Part shown: piece after piece, positions 21,223 through 32,219 of the stretch | Layout of the letters: each line of letters opens with the position of its first letter | Numbering within the stretch: the stretch's first letter is position 1 | NCBI GenBank assembly: GCA_963663965.2 | Contig: CAXXFK010000016.1 | Location: 15,525-79,524 of the forward strand | Reading direction: 5' to 3' | Source: Sedimentisphaerales bacterium | Lineage (GTDB): Bacteria > Planctomycetota > Phycisphaerae > Sedimentisphaerales > SM23-30 | DNA length: 64,000 nucleotides | Notes under the pieces: model-generated | Database searches by the model: none | What the model was told of the DNA's origin: nothing | Seen by the model: the letters and a program-made list of their open reading frames with translations, nothing else | Program-made: the position numbers and the translations under genes

Positions 21223-24200
21223 TTAAGGGACCTGACGCCGAATCCCTCCCTCTGTCATCAAAAGTTCTATTTCCCAGCGCGGTAACACTCGGCGATAGAT
21301 TCGCACTTCATCAATCTCGCCATCGAAAGCCCGGCCGCCGCCTTCCAAATCACCAATGGTCACCGGAATCGAATGATAATCGATCTTGTATCCAACGACT
21401 TGGCTTTGCTGGATCGTTTCAACCTCAATGCCATTCATAAAAATATGCACCTTCCGATCCCCATAATCATCATAAATCATCACAACATGAGTCCACTGCC
21501 CCGCTGCCGGCGTAAACACCGTCTCGGTTAAGGCGTTAGCTTGACTCCCTTTCACAAATCCGGTTAAATGTCCCTCATGAGCGCCCCACAACTGAAAACT
21601 CCAGGTATGGCTTGTCAAGTTACGCTGCCCAATCATCTGCATCGTCCTGGAAAGCGATAGTTCATTCGCCTTCATCCATAGCGACACACTGAATGTCGGT
21701 AAATCGGCAATCGCGTCATCATAACCGCAATCCACCTGGTCATCCTCACCATCCAGTTTCAAAATCCCATCTTCAACAACAGCCCCATTCAGCAACAGAC
21801 CGTAATTTTCTCCCTGCACATCCCGGCTGTCCTGATCGAACGGCCAGTAAGCCATATAGGTCTCCGCCCGGATAGATCGGCAATCTCTGTTTCGGATAAT
21901 ACCCTGCGATAGATTCGGACATCGTCTATCCAGCCCCTGAACTGGCGGTCGCCGCCCTCACGATCTCCCATCGTTATCGGAAGATCCGCCCATTCCAATC
22001 GTGTCCCTTCTAACGGGGTTTGCTCGATAGCCACAAATTCACTGCCATTAACATAGACCCGGACGAGGCCATTGGTCGTGCCATCATAGGTCATGACCAG
22101 ATGATTCCATCGTCCCACGCTGGGCGTATACATCGTTTCTGTAACGGCGCTGATCTCACTGCCGCCGACATACCCCGTGATATGATTGCAATGGGATCCC
22201 CAAACCGTCAAACTCCAGCCATGACGCTCAAGATCCCGCTGACCGATCAGAAAGCCTGTCTGGTCCTCCGGCAAAGCGGCCGCTTTAAACCATAAGGCCA
22301 CACTGAATTTTGTCAACGATTGCATAACCTGGGCGGGACATGTCGCCATACCACCGTTAAAGACTCCCACCTGCAATGCCCCAAAGCCCTTTTCGTAATT
22401 TCCCGGATTCTGACTGATTTGGGCGTAATCGATTATTTCTGTTATAGTCCCGCCGGCAATATCGCGCGTATCCCGATCGAACGGCCACCAGGCAATCGGA
22501 TCATAATAGCCCGCAGTCTTGCGGATTTCTTCTAAAGTCAGCGCCCGCCGGTACATCCGGACATCCCAGAGCATCCCCTTGAATCCCCGGTCCCCGCCCA
22601 GCCGGTTGCCCATCACTACCGGGATGGAGGCATCCGCTATTTTCGCGCCAACCGCCGGACTCTGACTCCGGTAATCGATTTCGTCACCATCCACATACAA
22701 CCGCACCTTGCGATCACCCGTGTCGCCGTATGTCATGGTCACCTGATACCAGCGATCCAACTCAGGTACAAAACGGCTGGCGGACACGGCCCGTTCCTCC
22801 CTGGCGTTCACCACCCCGCTTAATGATCCCGGATTTTCCCCGGATAGATAGAGACCCCAGATCATCTCATTGGTATCCCGCTGGCAGATGATATGTGGAT
22901 ATTTACCCACACCAGGCAATGAGTGAATGGATAACCACATCGACACCGAAAAGTCAGCCAGTTGATTAATTTCCCTGCCCGCGCCACAATCGATCAAATC
23001 ATTCGATTCATTCGGCCCGGTAAATTTCGCCGCCTGTTCAGCGTGAACCCATCCATCCGTTGCAACGATCGCCGCCCCGTTAACCAGCTCTCCATCATAA
23101 CCATTCACAACTTCCCAGCCGTCATAATCCAGCGGCCACCACGCCACCAGATCGGCATCATACCCCTCTGGCTGCCACATCCAGTTCTCCACCAGATCCT
23201 TTAAATCATCGACATCATACGCTTCCAGCCATTTCACCGTTAATGCCCCAAAATCGATCAGATCCACTCCCGGCTCCCCGGCCAGATCGCCCGGTATCGA
23301 CCTCTCCCAGGTCAGCCGCGGATAGTCTCTCCGGTCTTCTTTCATTCGCCAGCTGCCCGGCCGCGCGGCATCACCCTCGAACCGCCAGCCCGCATCGTCA
23401 AAATAAAATTTGGATCGCATCTGGGTGGTCTTTAATCCTGTTCCCAACTCGCTTACTTTCGTGCCGCACTGTTCCACATCCCAGAAACATCCCGACAACT
23501 TATCGATCGCGCCATTGGTGGCCGCCAGGCCAAAAGACGCCTGCTCACCGGCCAGCTTCGCACTCGAATAACAGTTTTCAATGACATTCGCGTTGAAAAA
23601 CACCAAACCGCTGACAGCAATACCCATAAACCGGCCATCGGTATAACAATTGCGGATCACGCCATAATTTTGCCCGGTTAATCCCGCTACCACCCCCGGA
23701 CTGCTGATCGTCCCTCGCAACGCGCAATTCTCGATCAGACCATAATTCGCCCTTGCCATGATCCCGGTTTCGTCATATTCGTTTTCGAATGCCACAACAA
23801 AATCCATCATGCCCAGATTACGTATCGTTCCGGTATTTATCTCGAACAATCCGGTACTGCCTTGATAATTTTTTAAAAGATGCCCGTTGCCATCCAGTTT
23901 GCCGAGAAAATAAACGGCGTTAAGGTCAATCCGGCAAAATCCAGATCCGTCACCAGCCGAAAACTCTTCGCCCAATCCTGAGAGGCCTTCATTAAATCCA
24001 GCCAGCCCCCGCCATTATCGATCAGATACGGATCGATCACCCGCCCCGTGCCGCCGCCATATTTGAAATGTCGCGCTTTAACAATATGCACTGGCGTCAA
24101 ACCACAATATACCAGAGTGCCCGCCGCCGGCGCCACACCCACGGCATAGTCGCTCGGAACTCCAGGCATAAATGTCGTAAAATTCTCTCCTGTCAGAAAG

Positions 24201-25375
24201 CCATTGGCTTCCAGCATCGCCCGGGCCTCCACCTCGGACAGTCCTGCTATTTCCGGAACCGGCTTCACTTGATATCGCTCCCAGGCCAGCAAAGGATACT
24301 CCCCCTCTTTCATCGTCCAGACGCTCAAGTCATCACCACCCACGGCTAAATTCCAGCCGGCGTCTAGATAGGTATCTCTCCGCTGCATGGCCTCCGTACT
24401 CAATCCAATCCCGCACTTCCCTTGATTGTTATCCTCTACCCCGCTAACTGAAATATCCCAGAAACAATGGAGTACCCTCTCTTCCTGGCAAGTCCCTCCA
24501 ACCAGCCCTCCCAGCCGGCAATTCCCGCTCGAACCTTTCACTCTGACAATCGAATAACAATCTTCCATCGTATAATAATTCTCACCACAAAGCCCACCGG
24601 CTACGTAATAACCATAAACCTCACCAGCAGTATGGCAATTCACTATCCGGCCATAATTACTCCCTACCAGCCCACCGGCCATCCCGCCCGATACATCGCC
24701 ATAGGCGGCACAATTCTCGATCAGGCCGTAACTGAGCCCGGCTATCATCCCCGTATTCCGCGAATCCTTGTTCGATCCGGTGATCGAAATATCCTTTAAT
24801 ATCAGATTACATATCTCGGCGCCCTGCATCAAGTTAGACACAAAACCCGTTTCCCCCGTCCCATTGCGGATCTCATGGCCACGACCGTCGAACCGGCCGT
24901 AAAACAAGACCTCTTTCATATTCAATCCCAGCAGATCGATATCCGCCGTCATCAGATAATTCCCCGTGATACCGACTCGCCAAACATCATTTCATAATAA
25001 TCACCGATCGTCCCGATCAAATACGGACTTTCTTCGCTGCCGTAGCCGCCACTATATCGATTTTTCTTATAGACCGTCAACTCAACCTTGATCCGCGCCG
25101 GTGTCCCCATATCCCCCGCCACCGGGTTCTGACTCATTACCATCCCCGACCCGACGGTGTCTTTATATTGAAACGTAATACTCCCAATCTGATAACCCGG
25201 GCCGCCCAGCAGCGCCAGTGCCTCATTGATATCCATCCCCACCAGAATCCGGCATCGCCACCTGCTTCCTCCTGGATAATTCCATTCGAATCACCCGCCC
25301 CGCCTTCGCCTTCGCCCAGCAATCCAACTGCAATAACCAATACCACAAACCAGGACGCACATAACACTTTTTCAT
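21223..25375 (-). CDS. Large secreted protein (~1380 aa): PASTA-GLUG-PASTA-GLUG-dockerin-like-3x LamG; several frameshifts
   Basis: TAGGAG before ATG 25375. The fragments give PASTA (GMDINEALALL...VMSQNPVAG; VPEIAGLSEVEARAML), GGxG-T/S-xxxPYLI and GGLVG GLUG regions, GDLAGEPGVDLIDF...KWL, and three LamG domains ending FxGxIDEVRIYRR. Confidence 0.8.
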
Positions 25376-25552
25376 AGCAAACTCCTAACAACTGTCTGCT
25401 TCCACAGAATCCGGGATTAAAAATTACGACTTTTCAAGATAATAATAAATTATTATGGGACTATCAGTAATAGACCCACTTTATTTTTAAAGTTACGAAA
25501 AATTTTTTAATCTCACAAAAACGCTTGATACCCGTCTAATAACCCAATAAAA

Positions 25553-25581
25553 ATCCGGGAGCCTTATCAGGTCTCCCGGAT
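25553..25581 (-). terminator. Probable terminator after the S8 peptidase gene
   Basis: ATCCGGGAG...CTCCCGGAT stem with an adjacent A run on the plus strand. Confidence 0.6.
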
Positions 25582-25608
25582 CACAAAATTAGAACTGCCA
25601 TATAAATT

Positions 25609-28149
25609 TTAGCCGTGATCAGAAATCAACGGCCAGAAAGGACGCCTGTCCAGCCATTCTCCCGACATTATTGCCAGATCTCCCAGGTCGACATCGCAGT
25701 CATCATCCAGATCGGCTACCAGCCGGCAGGCAGGATCACAGGCATCACCGATGCCGTTTTGATTCAAATCGCGCTGGTCCGGATTAAATAATTCCGGACA
25801 ATTACTCACAGATATCACCAACACGGTCTTCATCAAAATCCTCCTGCTCGATATTAGGCATATCAGGACAGTTGTCATCCACATCGGGAATACCGTCCCC
25901 ATCCCGATCCTGTAAGTCAACAACAATCTCCATATAACCGAGTTGCCGGTCATTTTCCAGATCGTAGGCTTCTACCCGGAACGGGGGCGACTGTATCGGC
26001 TCCAGCGGCTGACCGGGGCTCACGCGGCAACAGGGGCGATTCGATACGCAAGAGTACCCCAGGTGTGGACAGCACGCTGATTGTCAGGGAATACCATCCA
26101 TCCTCAAAATCACCAACCCGTTCAGCCTGCTCAAACAGCAATTCCACCTGCCACAACTCCGGATCGCGATTCTCCAGCATAATCAGAATCGGCTTCTGGC
26201 CAAATCCATCATGATCGACCCGGAACGGAAACTCGATATACCCTTCATAATTCATCGGGGCTGGCGGACTGCAACTGTAGCTCGCTTTGACGCCAATGAT
26301 ATCGACTATTGCGATTGCGTTCATTGTTGCCCTTATTCGTATCACAGGCCGCGCTGACAATCCCCCAGAAACAGCTGTGCTTACTGATCGGCAGACTGTC
26401 CGAAACACCCGGCGTCCAGGTACGCGAAAAAGTACGGGTCGCATTGACCGCCAGTGGCCCGGCTGTATTGGCCGTGGGTCCCGAACCGATCGGCAGACGC
26501 CTGCGCCGGACCGCTCGGTCCAAAAATACCACCGTTCCCAATCGACGGCAAAATCGCTGACCGCCACCGGCCCGACATTCTTCACGGTCACGGTAATCGT
26601 AACCGGCTGATAACACTGCACCGTCGATGGCGAATAAGTCACCGAAGTCACCGCCAGATCGCAATTCGCCGGCGGCGCCTTGAAGATCGCCCCCAGATCC
26701 ATCAATCCGGCCCCCCACGTGGTATCCCAGCCCACTGTCCCTTTATCTTCCGCGGTATCCATCAGCAGTTTTTTAACCCGCTGCGGGGGTAATTGCCGTA
26801 TTGCGTTCGATGATCAACGCCGCCCCCGCCGGCCACCATCGGACTCGCCGCTGAAGTAGCCGCGCCAAAATTCGTATAACTGCTGGTGCTGTCTTTCAAC
26901 GGGGCCCGGATATCATAACTGCTCGTGCCAAAAAACACATCCGGCTAGGACAGGCGCGCACGCACTGGTTGCCGTAGGCCGTGATATCCGGCTTGGAATT
27001 CATCCCGGTCCCCGGCCCGGTACGCGAATAATTGGCGATCGCATCATCCCCCCGGCTCACCGTACCCATATGAGTAGCCGCAGCCACCGTAATGGCGCGC
27101 GAAGTCACGGCAATCGATCCCATGCCGTTGTTGGCGCCACCGCAGCCGGTCGGCTTGCCCACGCAGGTGTCATTATTCCCGGCCGATACACACAACCACT
27201 ACCCCGCTGGCCACCAGCGCTTTCCAGCGAAGCGGTCAGCGCCGTTCCCGATGACTCGCAATAACTGCCAAAAGACAGATTCGCCACCCGCACCGCCGGA
27301 CTGACCGTACTGCCATTCCACGTGAGCCAGTCCACGGCCTGCTGGATATTGGATTCCGTAGCTCGAACCGCTGGTGCCCGGCGGCGTGATCCGGCAGTCA
27401 AACAGGCTGGCTTTGGCGCGCGATACCTCGATTGTTACCTGCAGCATCGCCACGTCCCAGCGCGCAACCGCGCTACACAGGTGCCATGCCCCCTGCTGAT
27501 CGTCCGGATTGCCATAAGCCAGATTATTACTGCCATCGATATACAGTCCGGCCACCCCCGGTGCGCCCACCGCCGTCGGCAGATGACTGTGAGTTGGTAC
27601 CCGCTCCGCCGGGATCATCCACCCCGGTATCCAGTATGGCAATGGTAATCCCATTGCCACTGTAACCCTGGTCCTCGGCAGTATTAGGGCTGTACGTCCG
27701 AAGACTTGTGAGCCTTCAGCGCCTGGCCGGAGGTCGTCATTTGCGGCTCGACTATATGATCCAGATGAACATAACCAGATCTCCGGATTCATTCCCACCA
27801 AGACAGGTCAGTTGATCTGGCCATCACCCCCCGAACCACCGACGCTGGCCACTACCGTCGATTGATAACCCACCTGGCCGCCGGTGATCTGGACAAACTG
27901 TTCGATCTGCATGATCAGCTCATCCGGCCGGCAATCATTCAGAAAACAGATCATCACATCCACCATCTGACTCGGATCCTCGGCAATCATCCGGTCCAGC
28001 ACATCCTCCAGCCTGTTGCCATTCTTGTCATCCAGAAATTCACGCGTATTATACCACTCCCTTGGACTATATAAAGCCCAGATCGGAGCCACACACACCA
28101 TCATCAGAAATAGAATCATCCACCAGATAATTTGACTTTTATATTTCAT
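25609..28149 (-). CDS. Secreted subtilisin-like S8 peptidase with CARDB, thrombospondin type-3 repeats and a dockerin-like tail; heavily frameshifted
   Basis: Signal peptide. Catalytic motifs read across frames: IAILDTGVD, HGTCV, VSAGN, TSAASPMVAG. Also DLAVTSVT...TVTVKNVG, DRDGDGIPDVDDNCP and ADLDDDCDVDLGDLAIMSGEWL. Confidence 0.85.
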
Positions 28150-28584
28150 AACTGCATCTCCTTTTATGAGATTTGAAAATTGTTTAAACAGATCACCCAA
28201 CCCCTCTCACCAGATGACAGCTCTATTTGCGCATAAACACCCCCCTTTCAAAACAACATGATTTCGCATCTCAAATTGACTACCGGAACCTGATTATTCG
28301 ATTATAGAGGGACTGCCATCCACCAGTTTCCAGATATACACAATAATTAAAATTAATAAATGATCAAAAATCATATTTTTCATGACTGAAAACCGGACTA
28401 TAGGGGATTTTTCCCCGGTATGCATACCTCCATCTTGCCAGACACAAGCCTCTGCATTTAAATTCATTGAAAAATCACCAAAAAATCAATTTGATACCCA
28501 ATAGCAATAGGAGTATCATCGTTTATCTTGCGAGCTGGAGTAAACAATCTAATGCTAAATTAGTGTATGAGAGGAGAACGGCTC

Positions 28585-30160
28585 ATGTCGTCAGACCATA
28601 ATAATCAGTGGCCCTTGAATCGTCGCCAGTTCCTCCAGACCGCGGCCGGCGCCGCTTCCGTCGCCCTCCGCTGACCTCCCTGAATCCGGCGCTTATTCGC
28701 ACAGCAGTCAACGCCCCGCCAGTCACGCCCCAATGTCCTGGTCATCTTCGATGATCAGCTCCGGGCCGATGCTTGCAGTATCTACGGCGGCCCGCAACAT
28801 CCAGACCCCCAACATCGATCTCGTCTCGCCCAACAGGGAATCCGCTTTACCCACGCCACCTCCAACCTGCCCGCTCTGTACCCCGTTCCGAGGCATGCTC
28901 CAGACCGGCCGCTATCCCACCCATTCCGGCCTGGTCCTGAACTGGGTCGAAGCCAATCCCAACCAGCGCTGCATCGCCCACATATTTAAAGATGCCGGAT
29001 ACCAGACCGGATTCATCGGCAAATGGCACCTCTCCGCCGGCCGACTCAAAAAATCGGGGTAAATACAAACCAAACCAGAAAGCCATCGAAGCCTACTCTG
29101 CCGAGAATCCCAATACTGAATTCACCCCTCCCGGCCCCGACCCGCCTGGGATACGACCATTGGAAAACCTTTAATTTTCCATACCGCGCGTTTCGAAACT
29201 GGTCGGTACTATCGCGATGAACCCGAAAAGATCGTCACGACCGACTACGAAACCGATGGCGAAACCGATCTGGCCATCCGCTTTATGAAAAAAAACCAGG
29301 CCGCCAACCAACCCTTCTTCCTCATGGTCGCCCCCGCCCATCCGCCGCATCCACCCTTCAATGTCGATTTCCTTCCCGAAGGCTATCTGGACAAAATCCC
29401 CCAGCAGCTTCACTTCTCACCCAACGTCCCCCAGGACCATCCGCGCCGTAAAAATCCCCTGGCACTACGCTGCTATTATGCCATGGCCAAAAACGTCGAT
29501 GACAACCTCGGGCCGGATCATGGATTTCCTCGACAGTTCCGGCCTCGCCGACAATACCATCGTCGTCTTCACCGCCGATCACGGCGACCAGCACGGCTCG
29601 CACACACCGCATCAACAAAATGGTCCCGTACGCCGAATCTGTCAACATCCCACTGATCATCCGCTGGCCCGGCCGGATCCCCGCCGGCGCCACCAGCGAC
29701 GCCCCTCTACAGCCCTATGGACCACATGGCCACCCTGTGCGGCCTCACCGGCCTGCAACCTGCCGACACCTCCGACGGTATCGACCTGAGCCGGGCCGTT
29801 CTCAACAAAGGCCGCGTCGCTCGCGATGCCCTGCTGATGACGAACTACGCCTCACACTGCTGGACTACTTCCAGACCGGTACCTCCTGGCCCGAATGGCG
29901 GGGAGTCAGAACCCAGCAATACACCTACGTCAAATGGCTCACCGGCCGCGAAGAACTTTACGACAATGCCGACGATTCCCTTCCAGATGACCGAACCTGG
30001 CCGAAAACCAGCAGGATTTGCCCCGGCTCCAAGCCATGCGCCAGACCCTCAAGGACCTGCTCGCCCGCGCCCATGATGACTTCCTGCCCGGCTCCCAATA
30101 CGCCCGACTGGTACGACGACCAGCGCAACCTGATCCGCACCGCGCCTGGGCCCAATCTGA
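28585..30160 (+). CDS. Tat-exported Cys-type sulfatase; heavily frameshifted
   Basis: NRRQFLQ twin-arginine signal, RPNVLVIFDDQ, CTPFRGMLQTGRY (CxPxR), FIGKWHL and VFTADHG. Confidence 0.9.
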
Positions 30161-30200
30161 CAAGCCGCCCCCCAGGCCGCCATCGCCTTAAAATGGCTCG

Positions 30201-31062
30201 TTATCGCCGCGCTTTGTATCAAACGCCCGAATTTCCCACACCCGCAGTTTATCCGCTCGATCCTGAAAATATCGCGCGTTTATCTCTCTCGCCGCCCCAT
30301 ATCCTCAACCTGGGTATACCCAATCTCCTTTAAATCCTTGACCAGCCCTTCCGGCTCCATAAAATTCACCCACGGCTCTCCAATACTCATCATCCGGTGC
30401 GACAACAAACGCATAATCAGCCGTCGTAATATATTCTCCGCGGAATGAGGGGTCATATAATCAAACACAACACCGCTCCCGGCAGGCGTGGAGGTGTAAA
30501 TAAATTTCATCGTCTCCATCACAGTCTCATACGCAAGATACATGGTCACACCCAGCCACGAAAAAAAAGCCGGCTCCCCGCCATCAAACCCCGCCTGAAT
30601 TAACTGCCCTGCCAACGACTGCTTTTCAAAATCAACCGGCACATACACCAGATTTTCCGGCGCCATAATCCCGGCCGCCGCCAGCAACCCGCGCTTCCAT
30701 GCCTGGGTAGCCGGAAAATCCACCTCAAACACCTTCAAACCCGCCGAGGCATACGGATTACGATAAGCAAAGGTATCCAGCCCGGCCCCCAGCGCCACAT
30801 ACTGCCGAACCCCCGCCCGAACCGCATCGCTCAACATTTCCTCAGTATACCGGCTCCGCGCCACCACCAGCGCCCGCAGATGGCTATAAGGGGCGACCCC
30901 GAAAAACCGCTTGCGCGCATGGAGTTTAGCCTCACCCTGGGCCCCAATGATCCTCATCGCCAGCGGATCGTCAAACACCCGCGGATCATCAAATACCTGA
31001 TGCCCCGCCCGCATCAGCGCCACCTGATAAGCCGTCATACTGGGACAATCGTCTTTCACCAT
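30201..31062 (-). CDS. SAM-dependent methyltransferase (leucine carboxyl methyltransferase-like family)
   Basis: QYVALGAGLDTFAYR, VFEVD and WLGVTMYL. The frameshifted tail EINARYFQDR moves the stop from 30280 to about 30201. Confidence 0.88.
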
Positions 31063-31280
31063 CCACTCCTGACTATAAATCGAGTTGGTAACATCCCCAT
31101 CAATATACCACCCTTGCCATCAAAAAGACACCCTGATTTCACCAATACCACTATCAAACTTTCTCTTTTTTTTAGCCGGATTTTTGTCTCTTGCATAATA
31201 ACAACTGCCCCCCGCATGTAGAGAAGCGATGCTTCGTGCCTTGATGGTATCTCTAAAATCGCTAAAAGGTGTCCGATAGT

Positions 31281-32219
31281 TTATTGTCGATCAAGCCATT
31301 CTAGGATGGCGTTAATGCTGCCACTAGCCAGGGCGATGCTCATATCCGCTGCACCATAATACATGTGGATTGTATCACCATCGGGACCAATAGTATAGCC
31401 ACACGGAAAGACCACATTGTCAACATCTCCAAATTTCTCATAGGGTTCTTCCGGCCCAAAAATCCACTCATCCCCGCGTTTGAGGCAAATCTCTGGTGAG
31501 TGCAAATCAAACAATGCCACTCCCAGCCGATAAATGCTGCCAGATGCGTTCTCACGTACCCCGTGGTATATGACCAGCCAACCCTTATCCGTTTCAATTG
31601 GCGGAGGTGAAAGTCCAATCTTATTCGCGTCCCACCATCCACCCTTCCGGGCTTTTAACATCAACCGGTGATTGCCCCATTGACGCAAATCGGATGAATA
31701 GGATATCCATATGTGCGCGCCGATTGAACTGACCGGACGATGGATCAAAGCCCAGTTACCGTCAATACGGTAAGGTAAGAGCATCGCATCTTTATCTTCC
31801 GGCTGCATGATCAAACCATAACGTTCAAAGTGACAGAAATCTTCCGTAAGAGCCATAGACACGCCAGGGCCGTCGTGCGTATAAGCCGTATAAACGACCG
31901 CATACTTGTTTAGTTCGTTGACGAATGTAATACGAGAATCTTCAATACCCCAAAGCTCCTCAGGATAGTTCTCCGGATCAGGCAAAAGAGTCGGTTGCTT
32001 ATCAATCAGCCAGTTGTCTTTGCCATTGGCAGATCGGGCAGCACATAAGTGGGATTGCCCGCGTCGGTCCTCCACTCGGCAAAGAAGCAGAGTCGTGCCG
32101 TCAGACAGTAGCGTAGCGGCAGGATTAAATACGCTATGAGCCGGATAGGGCCAATCCGCAGCGGTTAATATAGGATTCGACTTGTGACGGAAAAAAAGCT
32201 CAGGATATTGGTATTTCAT
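31281..32219 (-). CDS. GH130-family glycosidase/phosphorylase
   Basis: NPIL, VFNPAA, GIEDSRIT, DKDAML, IHRP, NVVFPCG and YYGAAD. Confidence 0.9.
   Translation of the reverse strand: MKYQYPELFFRHKSNPILTAADWPYPAHSVFNPAATLLSDGTTLLLCRVEDRRGQSHLCAARSANGKDNWLIDKQPTLLPDPENYPEELWGIEDSRITFVNELNKYAVVYTAYTHDGPGVSMALTEDFCHFERYGLIMQPEDKDAMLLPYRIDGNWALIHRPVSSIGAHIWISYSSDLRQWGNHRLMLKARKGGWWDANKIGLSPPPIETDKGWLVIYHGVRENASGSIYRLGVALFDLHSPEICLKRGDEWIFGPEEPYEKFGDVDNVVFPCGYTIGPDGDTIHMYYGAADMSIALASGSINAILEWLDRQ

Noticed and set aside
21223..21260. C-terminal VP (also at 61841) as an exosortase PEP-CTERM signal
   Set aside because: No PEP motif, TM helix or basic tail follows.
28399..28420. Second copy of the 14078 operator (GGGGA-TTTT-TCCCC)
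   Set aside because: Different spacer and flanks, with only 5-bp arms.
25609..30160. Programmed frameshifting or phase variation explaining the broken genes
   Set aside because: Too many indels per gene at heterogeneous sites. Sequencing error or decay is simpler.
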